Notes: generated from the sequence alone by a model not told the origin. DNA of 44,619 bases from an uncultured Janthinobacterium sp. (GCA_964658025.1 CAZZXB010000006.1:1-44619), one strand, 5' to 3'; counted from the stretch's first letter, positions 18,674-28,468 are shown. A program made the numbers and translations.

Positions 18674-18784
18674 CGACCGAGCCGAACGCCTCGCCCCCGA
18701 GCGACCGCATCTCCCGCGACCCGGCGCGATCGGGATCGACGTCGGACGTCGCGCCGCCCGTCGAGAGCGACGGGGAGCGAATAT

Positions 18785-19471
18785 CTAACGCGGCTCGCTT
18801 TTCGAGAAGATCGATTCGCGCGTGTTCTTCACGTGCGCCGTCGCCGCTCGCTCGACCGCGGCCTCGTCCTTCATCCGCATCGCCCGCACGATCTCCGCGT
18901 GCTCGGCGACGGTCGCGCGACGGCGCTCCGGGGTCGAGAGCGCGATGACGCGCCAGGCCTGGATGTCCGAGCGCAGATCGCCGAGCATCCGTTTGAGCCG
19001 TTGCCCGTCGGCGTGCGCGAGGATCGAATCGTGAAACGCGGTATCGAGTCGCTCCAGCTTCTCGGCATCGTCGACGTGCGCGCGCATGCGTTCGAGCAGG
19101 CCCTCGAGTTCCGCGAACGCGCGCTCGTCCATGCGCCGGACCGCGCGTCGCGCGGCGAGCGTTTCGAGCGCCTCGCGGATCTCGAAGATGGAAACGACCT
19201 CGTCGACGTGGAGTTCTCGCACGACGCTCCCGCGATTACCGCGCGGTTCGAGCATCCCCTCGGTCTCCAGACGGCGCAACGCCTCGCGCACCGGCGTCCG
19301 GCTCGCTCCGAGCGTCGCCGCGATCGTCGCCTCGATGATCGGCGAGCCCGGAGCGAGATCGCCCGATAGGATCGCGGCCCGCAAGCGATCGTAGATCTGG
19401 TCCCGCAGCGAGCGCGGACGTTCGACGCGCCCGACGAGACCGGAGTGCTTGGCGCCACGTGCTTCGACCAT
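18785..19471 (-). CDS. GntR-family transcriptional regulator (FCD domain)
   Basis: SLRDQIYDRLRAAILSG, GASRTPVREALRRLETEG, FEIREALE, DTAFH, EHAEI. Start ATG 19471. Confidence 0.93.
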   Translation of the reverse strand: MVEARGAKHSGLVGRVERPRSLRDQIYDRLRAAILSGDLAPGSPIIEATIAATLGASRTPVREALRRLETEGMLEPRGNRGSVVRELHVDEVVSIFEIREALETLAARRAVRRMDERAFAELEGLLERMRAHVDDAEKLERLDTAFHDSILAHADGQRLKRMLGDLRSDIQAWRVIALSTPERRRATVAEHAEIVRAMRMKDEAAVERAATAHVKNTRESIFSKSEPR

Positions 19472-19734
19472 GGCCACGTCCCTTGCACGCGCGACCGGCT
19501 TTCGCATCCCGAGAACGGAAGACGTCGGCGAAAACGCCGGATCGGTGCGGGGATGCCGGCCCGAGATCGCGCCGGGATCGGATGTGGCGCGGAGGCGCGA
19601 CGTCGCGGCTTTCGGCGTGCCGGTATCCACGCGCTTTCGGCCGCCCGCGCCCGGACCGCTTGCGGGGCTCCGCGTCCGCGCGAATCGTGGTACGCTCGTC
19701 GCACGCGAAGCGCGGACTCATTCGGGAGCGTGTC

Positions 19735-20316
19735 ATGTTCGTAGAATATCGGGGAAAAGCGCCGCGCGTCGCGGCGTCGGCGTTCGTCGCACCGAACGCC
19801 GTGCTCGTCGGCGACGTCGCGGTCGGCGACGAAGCGTCGATCTGGTTCGGGACGGTCCTGCGAGCCGACGACGGTGGGTCGATCGTCGTCGGCGCGCACG
19901 CGACGGTCGAGGACAACGCGACGCTCCACGCGAGCGAAGGCGGGTCGGTGGTCGTCGCGCGCGGCGCGACGATCGGCCACAACGCCGTGCTCGACGACTG
20001 CGTCGTCGGCGAAGACGCGCTCGTCGGGAGCAACGCGGTCGTCCTCGACGGCGTCACGATCGGCGCGCACAGCGTCGTCGCGGCCGGGAGCGTCGTCGCC
20101 TCCGATGCCGCGGTGCCAGATCGCGTCGTCACCGCTGGCGCGCCCGCGACCGTCCGCAAGACGATGACGGCCGAAACGACGACCTCCGTCGCGCGGAGCG
20201 CCACGTCGTCGCGCGCGCAAGGTCAGGCGTATCGCCGCGACAACATCGGCGATCCGCACCATCACGAATTCAAGTCGGCGACGAGCCGCAAGCGAGCCGC
20301 ACCCGTCCTCGGCTAG
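19735..20316 (+). CDS. Gamma-carbonic anhydrase family hexapeptide-repeat protein (PaaY/CaiE/YrdA-like)
   Basis: ATG 19735 after GGGAG; AFVAPNAVLVGDV, SIWFGTVLRAD, EDNATLH, TIGHNAVL, GAPA. Confidence 0.88.
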   Translation: MFVEYRGKAPRVAASAFVAPNAVLVGDVAVGDEASIWFGTVLRADDGGSIVVGAHATVEDNATLHASEGGSVVVARGATIGHNAVLDDCVVGEDALVGSNAVVLDGVTIGAHSVVAAGSVVASDAAVPDRVVTAGAPATVRKTMTAETTTSVARSATSSRAQGQAYRRDNIGDPHHHEFKSATSRKRAAPVLG

Positions 20317-20416
20317 CGCGCCCGTCGGCTCGGACGCCGCCGGGCGGATCGTCGCGAAGCCGTGCCGGGCGATGACGGGGGCACGGCCGTTCGCGCGAAC
20401 CGCCGGGTCGAGCCGA

Positions 20417-23400
20417 TCAGACCTGCGCGGTCGTCGTGATCGGTTCCGGGCGCGCGGTCGGACCGCGGTCGCCGCCGGTCGGGCGCTTGCGTTTCCCGCG
20501 CTCGCGCAGGTTCACGATCAGCACGTAGATGACCGGGACGAGAAACAGGTTGAGGAACGTCGAGAGGATCATGCCGCCGAAGACGGGCGTGCCGAGCGAG
20601 TGGCGACTCGAACTCCCCGCGCCGCTCGCGACGACGAGCGGCACGATGCCGAGGATGAACGCGAACGACGTCATGAGGATCGGCCGTAAGCGCGTCTCGG
20701 CGGCTTGACGCGCGGCGGTCGCCGCGTCGAGGCCCTGCTCGCGGAGCTGGTTCGCGAACTCGACGATGAGGATCGCGTTCTTACTCGCGAGCCCGATGAG
20801 CATGACGTATCCGACCTGCGCGTAGACGTCGCTGAGCACGAATCCGAGCGGCGGGATGACCGACGCGATGAGATCGCGTCCGATGATCGCGAGCAACGCG
20901 CCGAGGATCGCGAGCGGCACCGACATCAGGATGACGAGCGGATCGGTCCAACTCTCGTACTGCGCCGCGAGCACGAGAAAGACGACGACGATGCCGAGCA
21001 CGAAGATCAGGATCGCCTGGCTCCCCGACTCGATCTCGTCGAGCGAGATGCCCGACCACTCGTGCGACACGCCGCCCGTCTCGAATTTGCTCGCGAGTTT
21101 CGTCATCTCGGCGATGGCGTCGCCCGAGCCGTAGCCCTGACCCGGTTGGCCGTTGAGTTCGATCGAGCGGAAGAGATTGTAGTGCGCGATGACGGGAGCC
21201 GAGCGATCGAGCGTGCCTTTGATGAGCGTCGGGAGCGGCATGATCGCGCCCGTCGTCGACTTGACGTAGATCTTCTGCAGATCGCTCACGGTCGAACGGA
21301 ACGGCGTATCGGCCTGCACGTACACGCGATACGTGCGATTGAGATAGTCGAAGTCGTTTACGTAGAGCGATCCGAGATAGATCTGCATCGTGTTGAAGAT
21401 GTTCGCGAGCGGGACGCCGAGCGATTGCGCCTTCGCGCGATCGGCGTCGACGACGAGCTGCGGGCTGTCGTTACGGAACGTCGTGAACACGCCCTTGAGC
21501 TTGGGATCCTGCGCCCCCGCGCCCATGAACTCGTAGGCGATCTTGTTGAGCGCGGGGAGCCCGATGTTGCCCTTGTCCTGTAACTCGTATTGGAAACCGC
21601 CGAAGTTTCCCAGACCTTGGATCGCGGGCGGATTGAACGCGAAGATCTGCGCCTGCGGGATCGCCTGGAACTGACCGAAGAGCCCGCCCGGGAAGTACAG
21701 CAACGCCGTGACCGAGTGGAGGAACCCGGCGCGTTCGCTCCAGTCCTTGAGCAAGACGAACATCGTGGCTTTGTTCGAGCCGTTGCCGGTGAACCCGAAG
21801 CCGATGATGTCGAAGATCTGCGCGACTTCCGAACGCTTGCGGATGAGATCCTCGACGTGCGCCGTGATCTTCTCCGTCGCGTCGAGCGAGGTGCCTTCGG
21901 GCGCCTGCACGGTGACGATGAAGTACCCTTGATCCTCGTCGGGCGTGAAGCCCGTCGGCGTCGTCTTGAAGAGGATCCCCGTGAACGCGAGCGCCACCAC
22001 GAAGAGCCCGACGATGATGTAACGGAAGCGGAACACGCCGCCGAGCGAGGCGTGATAGCTCCGCCGCAGCCAGTCGAGTCCGCGGTTGAAGGCGTTGAAG
22101 AACCGGTTGCGCGGCGGATCCTGACGCCCGAGCAGCAGCGCCGAGAGCGTCGGCGTCAGCGTGAGCGCGTTGAAGAGCGAGAGCGTGATCGAACAGGCGA
22201 TCGTCAACGCGAATTGCTTGTAGAGTTGGCCCGTGGTCCCCGGAAAGAACGCGACCGGTACGAACACCGCGAGGAGCACGAGCGAGGTCGCGACGACGGC
22301 GCCCGTGATCTCTTGCATCGCCGCCTGCGCGCCCGCGAGCGGCGACATCCGCTTCTCCTGGATGAAGCGCGCGATGTTCTCGATCACGACGATCGCGTCG
22401 TCGACGACGAGCCCCGTCGCGAGCGTGAGCCCGAAGAGCGTGAGCGTGTTGATCGAGAAGCCGAGCACCTTGAGCAGCGCGAACGTGCCGATGAGCGAGA
22501 CCGGGATCGTGATCGCGGGGATGAGCGTCGTCCGCCAGTCTTGGAGGAAGAGATAGATGACGAGGACGACGAGCACGATCGCGATCAAGAGCGTCGTGAT
22601 GACTTCCTTGATCGACTCGTTCACGAACGTGGTCGCGTCGAACGCGATCTTCTGATAGTAGCCGGCGGGAAATTTCGCCGAGAGGTTCGCCATCTCGGCG
22701 CGCACCTCGCGCGAGACGTCGAGCGCGTTGGACGTGGGGAGCGCCTCGACGCCGATGCCGACGGCGGAGCGACCCTCGAAGTGGAGATCCGACGAGTAAC
22801 TCTCGGCACCGAGATCGACGCGACCGACGTCGCGCAGGTAGACGTGACCGCCGTCGGGGTTGTTCTTCACGATGATGTTGAGGAACTGATCGGGCGTCGA
22901 GAGGCGGCCGAGCGCGCGCACGGAGTATTCGTACGGTTGCGCGCCGCTCGTCGGCGGCGCGCCGATCGAACCCGCGGCGACCTGCACGTTCTGGTCGGTG
23001 ATCGCGTTGGTGACGTCGGTCGCGGCAAGATTGTTGTCGGCGAGCCGCTTGGGATCGAGCCACACGCGCATCGCGTATTTGCGCTCGCCGAAGATGATGA
23101 CGTCGGAGACGCCCTTGAGGCGCTTGAGATCGTTCTTGATGTAGAGGTCGGCGTAGTTCGAGAGCACGAGCGCGGTCGTCGACTTGTCGTGCGACGAGAG
23201 ACCGAAGCCCATGACGAAATTGCCCGAGTTCTTCGCGACGATGACGCCCGTGAGCTTCACTTCGTTCGGAAGGCGCGCTTGCGCCGTCTGGATCGCGTTC
23301 TGCACGTCGTTGGCCGCGAGATCGAGATCGCGCTCGAGATCGAACGTACACGTGATCGTGCTCGTGCCGTCGTTACTCGATTGCGACGAGATGTAACGCA

Positions 23401-23623
23401 GACCCTGAACGCCGTTGATGGCTTCCTCGAGCGGCGTCGTCACCGAATCCTCGACGGCCTGCGCGCTCGCGCCCGTGTACGTCGCCGTGACCGTGACGAC
23501 CGGCGGCGCGACCTTCGGAAACTGCGCGATCGGCAGCGTCGGAATCGTGACGATTCCGGCGAGGACGATGATCATCGAGCAGACGGCCGCGAAGATCGGT
23601 CGTCGGAGGAAAAAATCGATCAC
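20417..23623 (-). CDS. RND efflux transporter, AcrB/HAE1 family
   Basis: FFLRRPIFA, LPIAQFP, GLVVDDAIVVIEN, SKNAILIVEFA, RLRPILMTSFAF; proton-relay residues intact. Confidence 0.95.
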   Translation of the reverse strand: MIDFFLRRPIFAAVCSMIIVLAGIVTIPTLPIAQFPKVAPPVVTVTATYTGASAQAVEDSVTTPLEEAINGVQGLRYISSQSSNDGTSTITCTFDLERDLDLAANDVQNAIQTAQARLPNEVKLTGVIVAKNSGNFVMGFGLSSHDKSTTALVLSNYADLYIKNDLKRLKGVSDVIIFGERKYAMRVWLDPKRLADNNLAATDVTNAITDQNVQVAAGSIGAPPTSGAQPYEYSVRALGRLSTPDQFLNIIVKNNPDGGHVYLRDVGRVDLGAESYSSDLHFEGRSAVGIGVEALPTSNALDVSREVRAEMANLSAKFPAGYYQKIAFDATTFVNESIKEVITTLLIAIVLVVLVIYLFLQDWRTTLIPAITIPVSLIGTFALLKVLGFSINTLTLFGLTLATGLVVDDAIVVIENIARFIQEKRMSPLAGAQAAMQEITGAVVATSLVLLAVFVPVAFFPGTTGQLYKQFALTIACSITLSLFNALTLTPTLSALLLGRQDPPRNRFFNAFNRGLDWLRRSYHASLGGVFRFRYIIVGLFVVALAFTGILFKTTPTGFTPDEDQGYFIVTVQAPEGTSLDATEKITAHVEDLIRKRSEVAQIFDIIGFGFTGNGSNKATMFVLLKDWSERAGFLHSVTALLYFPGGLFGQFQAIPQAQIFAFNPPAIQGLGNFGGFQYELQDKGNIGLPALNKIAYEFMGAGAQDPKLKGVFTTFRNDSPQLVVDADRAKAQSLGVPLANIFNTMQIYLGSLYVNDFDYLNRTYRVYVQADTPFRSTVSDLQKIYVKSTTGAIMPLPTLIKGTLDRSAPVIAHYNLFRSIELNGQPGQGYGSGDAIAEMTKLASKFETGGVSHEWSGISLDEIESGSQAILIFVLGIVVVFLVLAAQYESWTDPLVILMSVPLAILGALLAIIGRDLIASVIPPLGFVLSDVYAQVGYVMLIGLASKNAILIVEFANQLREQGLDAATAARQAAETRLRPILMTSFAFILGIVPLVVASGAGSSSRHSLGTPVFGGMILSTFLNLFLVPVIYVLIVNLRERGKRKRPTGGDRGPTARPEPITTTAQV

Positions 23624-23684
23624 GCAGGCGTGTCCTCTTACAAGACGTTACGCGGGGGACGCATCGCGTCGCCGACGCGTCAAC

Positions 23685-24710
23685 TCAGGACGCGCTTCCG
23701 GATGCGATTGTTTCACGGATGACCGAGAGCCCTCCGACCTCGAGCCCGGCCGCGTTGCGAAGGACGGGATCGGCGAAGGTCGCGAGGTCCCCGCGTGCGG
23801 CTTCCGGAATCGCGCCGATGGCTTCGAGGATCGCGCAAACGGCGGGCGGGACCGCGCGTTGGGCGCCGTCGACGACCTTGAGCGCGAGACCGAGCCCGGG
23901 GCCGAAGAGGGCGTCGCCGTGGACGCCTTCGGCGCCGGCCTTCCCGACGATCGCGCCGGCCGTCGAACGCGCGAGCGCGGTGTCGAAGCGGCCCGTCCCG
24001 GCGACGTAGTCGGGCTCAGCGACGATCGCCTCGCGCACGACGCGGAGCGCCTCGGCGTCGCCCGGTTCGAGTTCGGCGAGACTCGCGAGGCGCGCGAACG
24101 CCGTCGCGCCGCGGCGGAGCGACGTCGCGAACACCGGGATGCCGCAACCGTCTACACCGAGGACGAGATCGCCCGCCGCTTGGCCGAGCGCGCGGGCGCA
24201 GAGGTCGAGCACGTAACGTTCCGCCGGATGCTCCGCCGCGAGATAATCGTCGGGATCCGCGCCGAGCACGAGCGAGAGCGCGAGGATGCCGGCGTGCTTT
24301 CCCGAGCAATTGTGATGGAGCGCCGAAGGCTCGACGCCCGTTCGTGCGAGCTCGCGAGCGGCCGGTTCGTACGACGGCGCGTGCGCGCCGCAGCGGAGCG
24401 CGCTGACCGGCAGACCGATCTTCGTGAGGATCGAGCGCACCGCGTCGACGTGGAACGGCTCCCCGCCGTGCGAGGCCGCGATCGTCGCGATCTCGCGCGC
24501 GTCGAAGTCGTACCGCGCCGCCGCACCCGAGCGCACGACCGCCGCCGCGATGAACGGCTTCGCGGCCGAACGCAAGTACACGGGCGTCTCCACGTCGCCG
24601 ATCGCGAATCGTAGATCGCCGTCGGGCGCGGCGACGGCCGCCGCGACGGCATGAACGGATTCGACGATCGATCCGCGCGTTGCGACGACGAACGGCTCCC
24701 CTCGTATCAT
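23685..24710 (-). CDS. Class 3 (Rhizobium etli-type) L-asparaginase
   Basis: RGSIVESVH, RSAAKPF, ASHGGE, HNCSGKH, DGCG, KAGAEG. Start ATG 24710. Confidence 0.9.
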   Translation of the reverse strand: MIRGEPFVVATRGSIVESVHAVAAAVAAPDGDLRFAIGDVETPVYLRSAAKPFIAAAVVRSGAAARYDFDAREIATIAASHGGEPFHVDAVRSILTKIGLPVSALRCGAHAPSYEPAARELARTGVEPSALHHNCSGKHAGILALSLVLGADPDDYLAAEHPAERYVLDLCARALGQAAGDLVLGVDGCGIPVFATSLRRGATAFARLASLAELEPGDAEALRVVREAIVAEPDYVAGTGRFDTALARSTAGAIVGKAGAEGVHGDALFGPGLGLALKVVDGAQRAVPPAVCAILEAIGAIPEAARGDLATFADPVLRNAAGLEVGGLSVIRETIASGSAS

Positions 24711-24857
24711 CGCGCGTTCTTTACGGGGTAACCGCGAGACTGCCTTGCGAGCACGTCGATCCGGAATCGAACGACCGCGCGTCGTAAACTCGTCACCTAA
24801 GGACGCGGAAGCGGAACCGAGCATTCGCACGCACCGCCGATTCGGTTATTAAAGGCT

Positions 24858-25439
24858 TCACGCAGATTCGAGAGACATTATGCCGATGGTTTCTTCGTCG
24901 TATATGCCGACGAAAGCCGTCTTCGCGCTTCGAGCCCATCGTGACACGACTTCATTTTTGATCTTTCTCGGCAGATCGTGCTCAAGCTGCGGGCTCTCGA
25001 CGATAAAACCTAAGCGAGGATACTGACCCGCGTTATCGATAAGCGCGCTCAGCGCGTCGAACGATATCGCTTCTGCCGTCAAATACAGATACATCACGGA
25101 GCGCTCGTCTTCAAAAAATTCCAGTCCGCTTCGAGCCAAGAAATCGTTCTCGTCGTCCACGCGCCGAATGTAATCGACGAAGATGATCGCATAACGCTTC
25201 ATCCCCTCCACCTCACGCAGAATCCAGCGAACGACGGGCGCGGTAGACTCACGAGCACTCGTTACCCCACCGTACGCATGGCTCGCCAAGCTAGACTCGG
25301 GAGTGGATGCCGGGACGAAAACACGAAACGCGGCAACGATCTTATGCATGAATACGTCGGCGGCAATCTCATCGTAACGAGACAAAGACCTCGCGACGTT
25401 ATCAGCATTTTCGCGAGAGAGGAAATGCTCGACGATCAT
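24858..25439 (-). CDS. Hypothetical protein in a lower-GC islet, possibly immunity-like
   Basis: 193 aa ORF from ATG 25439 (MIVEHFLSRE...VGIYDEETIGIMSLESA) with globular composition and codon usage visibly different from its neighbours. Confidence 0.65.
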   Translation of the reverse strand: MIVEHFLSRENADNVARSLSRYDEIAADVFMHKIVAAFRVFVPASTPESSLASHAYGGVTSARESTAPVVRWILREVEGMKRYAIIFVDYIRRVDDENDFLARSGLEFFEDERSVMYLYLTAEAISFDALSALIDNAGQYPRLGFIVESPQLEHDLPRKIKNEVVSRWARSAKTAFVGIYDEETIGIMSLESA

Positions 25440-25678
25440 CGGTGATACATGCTCCGGGCATTCGGTCGGGGAAGATCCTCGGGCAACTCGAGGCCGTCCT
25501 TCGCGAACACATCGACTGCCGCAAGAAGCCACAACGCTTCGCTAAACTGGTACGGATCCGCTCCATCGCGAGTGCAAGCGCTTCGATAAACGTAACGCGA
25601 TTCTCTCGACGAGAATCATCGTCGATACTCGATAAAGCTAAAAATCCTATCGGGTCGGTCGCGCCACGTCGGAAACAT
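25436..25678 (-). pseudogene. Possible gene remnant interrupted by an in-frame TGA
   Basis: Reads MFPTWRDRPDRIFSFIEYRR*FSSRESRYVYRSACTRDGADPYQFSEALWLLAAVDVFAKDGLELPEDLPRPNARSMYHR*; the final TGA overlaps the next ATG (ATGA). Confidence 0.35.
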
Positions 25679-25789
25679 GATCGAGAAATCGACTCGAATT
25701 CAGATCGGGAGAGTCCGGATGCGGTAACGCGGAACGCCGGGTAGCGCCGCGCCGAACGGTATACGACCGATCGGCGCGGTCCGGCGACG

Positions 25790-28468
25790 TCAGCTCGGAT
25801 CCGGACCCTGGACCACTTGCACGAAGCCGTCGGGCCGGATGTTTTTCGCGAAGGCCGCGCGGATTTGGGCTGCGGTGACGCCCGCGAATTTCTCGGCCGC
25901 GCGGTGCGATTCGTCGAGGGGGAGGTCGCTCGTCGCGTAGCGCGCGAGGGCGGCCGCGACGGACTCTTCGCTCGCTTCGCCGAGCGGGAGTTGGCGCAAT
26001 AAGATCGCCTTCGCCTGTTGCAGGTCGCCGTCGGAGACGAGCGTGTCGCGCATGGCGCGCAGATCGCGTTCGACGAGCGCGCGCGCCTTCGAGACGTTCG
26101 GCGGATCGCAGCCGTACGTCACGGAGTACGTCGACCGCGTCTTCCCGGCGCTCAAGTGGTTGTCGACGTTGTAGACGAGACCCGCGATCTGACGGAGGTC
26201 GCGATAGAGGCGCGTCGCGTAGAACCCGCCCCCGAGCACGTGGTCGCCGACTTCGAGCGCGTAGTAGTCGGGATCGTCGCGCACGACGGGCGAGGTCTCG
26301 ACGAGCGAGACGTCGTCCTGCACGCGACTGCGATTGGGGACGATCGTCACCGAGGGTTTGTTCTGTGGGATCCGCGCGAGATCGATCTTCGGTTTCGGTC
26401 CGCTCGCCGTCCACCCGCCGAAATACTTCGCGACCATATCGTTCGCTTCTTTGGGCGTGACGTTCCCGATCACGACGATCGTCGTCATGTCGGGCCGATA
26501 GACGCTTCCGTAGAACGAACGGACGTCGTTCGGCGTCAGCGCGGAGACCGACGCGGGCGTCGCCTCGCGGAGCGCCGGATCGCCGGCGGGCAGGAGGCCG
26601 CGCTCCGTCGCGCGGCCGGCGAGATACCCCGGGCTCCGCATCTGCCCCGCGAGTTCTTGCGCCGTCTGCGCGCGCACCACGCCGAACGCCTGATCCGGGA
26701 GCGCGGGATGGAGTTCGTCGTCGGCGAGTAACGCGACGCCGCGCTCGAAATTCGCCTTGAGCACGGAGAGACCGAACGTCGTCCCGGCCGACGCCGACGC
26801 CGCGATGTCGTCGAGCGCCTTCTGATACGCGATGCGGTCGAGGCTCGTCGTGCCGTACGAGAAGAGGCCGTCGAGCACGGAACTCACGCCGTCGCGCCCC
26901 TTCGGCGTCTGGAGGTCGTCGCGATGGCGGATCGATCCGGTCAGCGTGACCGTGTCGCTGATCGTCTCGGGCTGCACGATCACGCGCAGTCCGTTCGGCA
27001 ACGTCGTGTCGGTCGGCGCGAGCGTCGAGTTCGCGACCGTCACGTTCTCGAGTTTTTTCGCGAAGTCCGGAAGCACGACGGCCTTCGTCGGCGCCGACGT
27101 GAGCGTCTCGCCGCCGCCGAATCCTTTCGATGCCACGCTCTTACCCGAGGGTTTGGGGACGAGCGTCGCCGTGATCGCGGCGCTCGGGAGCAGATACTTC
27201 GCGGCGACCCGATTCACGTCGGCGACGCTCACCTTCGCGACGGCGTCGAGATCGTCGCGCGGGGCATTACGGCCTTCGTTCGCGAGCGTGTCGCTCCAGA
27301 GTTCCGCGAGTCCCGAGATCGAATTGCGGTCGAACTCGCCCGACGCGATCTCGCTACGCTTCGCGGCGTCGACGAGATCGGCGGGGACGCCGCCCTTCAC
27401 GTACGCCGCGAGCGTGCTCGCGAGCGCCGCATCGAGCGCCTTCGTATCGGCGCCTGCGGGGACGACGCCGACCGCGAACCCGATCGACGCTTCGGGCGTG
27501 GTCGCCGCGAGTTCGAAATCGGCTTGGAGCGCCTTGCCCGTCGCGACGAGCGTGTACAGATCGCCGCGCTGATTCGAGAGCACGTCGGAGAGCACGCGCA
27601 TCGCCGCGTAATCGGGATCGGCCGTCCCCGGCAGACGATACGCGATGAGTTGGAGCGAATACGGCAAGTCGCTCTCGAGCGAGAACGCATCGGCTCTGAC
27701 CGGTTGGAGCGCGATCGGCGCGCGTTTGGGCAACGTCCGCGACGGGATCGACTCGTAGAGCGAGCGCACCGTCGCGAGCGTCGCCTGCGGATCGACGTCG
27801 CCCGCGATCACGAGGATCGCGTTGTTCGGCGCGTACCACGACGAATAAAAATCTTTGAGCATCGGCCCCGTCGTCTTGTCGAACGAGGCGCGCGTGCCGA
27901 GCGCATCGTGCGCGTACGGCGTGCCGGCGAACATCTGCTCGCGGATACGATCGATCGCGTTATAGGTCGGATTGGAGAGATCGCGCGCGACCTCTTGCTC
28001 GATCGCGCCGCGCTCCGATTTCCATTCGGTATCGGAGTCTTGGATATCGCGCATGCACGACGAATCGACGTTGAGCGCGACGTCGAGATCCGACGCGGGA
28101 ACGGTCGAAAAATATTGCGTGATCGTATCTTGCGTATCCGCGTCGCCCTCGCCGCCGAGTTGCGCGAACACGGCCGAGGTCTGGTCCGCCGTCACGCCGT
28201 GACAGCCACGAAACGCCATGTGCTCCTGGGCGTGCGCCATGCCGGGGAAGCCTTCGGGCGTATCGCGCGCGCCGACGAGGTAATTGTCGTACACCGTCGC
28301 GACGGGCGCGAGCGGATCGCGCACGATGACGACGCGCAGGCCGTTCGCGAGCGTCGCGCGCGTGACGTCGGTCCCCGTTTTCGCGACGGGTGGGACGGCC
28401 GGAGGTCCGGCGCCGATCGTCGCGACGACGACGAGGCTCGCGACGAGGCGCTTGATGACGTTACGCAA
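25790..28468 (-). CDS. Secreted M16-family (pitrilysin/PqqL-like) zinc peptidase, two-module fusion
   Basis: Inverted zinc motif HAQEHM, LANGLRV and LPNGLRV module starts, YAPNNA, RLYRDLR. TTG start 28468 after AAGGAG, followed by a signal-like segment. Confidence 0.92.
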   Translation of the reverse strand: MRNVIKRLVASLVVVATIGAGPPAVPPVAKTGTDVTRATLANGLRVVIVRDPLAPVATVYDNYLVGARDTPEGFPGMAHAQEHMAFRGCHGVTADQTSAVFAQLGGEGDADTQDTITQYFSTVPASDLDVALNVDSSCMRDIQDSDTEWKSERGAIEQEVARDLSNPTYNAIDRIREQMFAGTPYAHDALGTRASFDKTTGPMLKDFYSSWYAPNNAILVIAGDVDPQATLATVRSLYESIPSRTLPKRAPIALQPVRADAFSLESDLPYSLQLIAYRLPGTADPDYAAMRVLSDVLSNQRGDLYTLVATGKALQADFELAATTPEASIGFAVGVVPAGADTKALDAALASTLAAYVKGGVPADLVDAAKRSEIASGEFDRNSISGLAELWSDTLANEGRNAPRDDLDAVAKVSVADVNRVAAKYLLPSAAITATLVPKPSGKSVASKGFGGGETLTSAPTKAVVLPDFAKKLENVTVANSTLAPTDTTLPNGLRVIVQPETISDTVTLTGSIRHRDDLQTPKGRDGVSSVLDGLFSYGTTSLDRIAYQKALDDIAASASAGTTFGLSVLKANFERGVALLADDELHPALPDQAFGVVRAQTAQELAGQMRSPGYLAGRATERGLLPAGDPALREATPASVSALTPNDVRSFYGSVYRPDMTTIVVIGNVTPKEANDMVAKYFGGWTASGPKPKIDLARIPQNKPSVTIVPNRSRVQDDVSLVETSPVVRDDPDYYALEVGDHVLGGGFYATRLYRDLRQIAGLVYNVDNHLSAGKTRSTYSVTYGCDPPNVSKARALVERDLRAMRDTLVSDGDLQQAKAILLRQLPLGEASEESVAAALARYATSDLPLDESHRAAEKFAGVTAAQIRAAFAKNIRPDGFVQVVQGPDPS

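Noticed and set aside
18757..18774. CCCGTCG-AGAG-CGACGGG hairpin between convergent cytochrome and GntR genes
   Set aside because: Short GC stem with no U tract on either strand; cannot be supported as a terminator.
21590..23722. Long antisense and alternative-frame ORFs (for example 21590..23722, 35225..37723, 2418..4235, 15570..17390, 26924..28546)
   Set aside because: Arg/Ala-rich shadow frames of well-supported genes; stop codons are scarce in high-GC DNA and no motifs are present.
24803..25734. ACGCGGAA at both ends of the lower-GC islet (24803-24810, 25727-25734) as a target-site duplication
   Set aside because: An 8-mer with a CGCG core is likely by chance in this composition; no mobile element gene supports it.
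25790..28468. M16 peptidase as PqqF for PQQ biosynthesis
   Set aside because: It has a signal-like N terminus, lies 8 kb from the dehydrogenase, and no pqqA-E genes are in the window.
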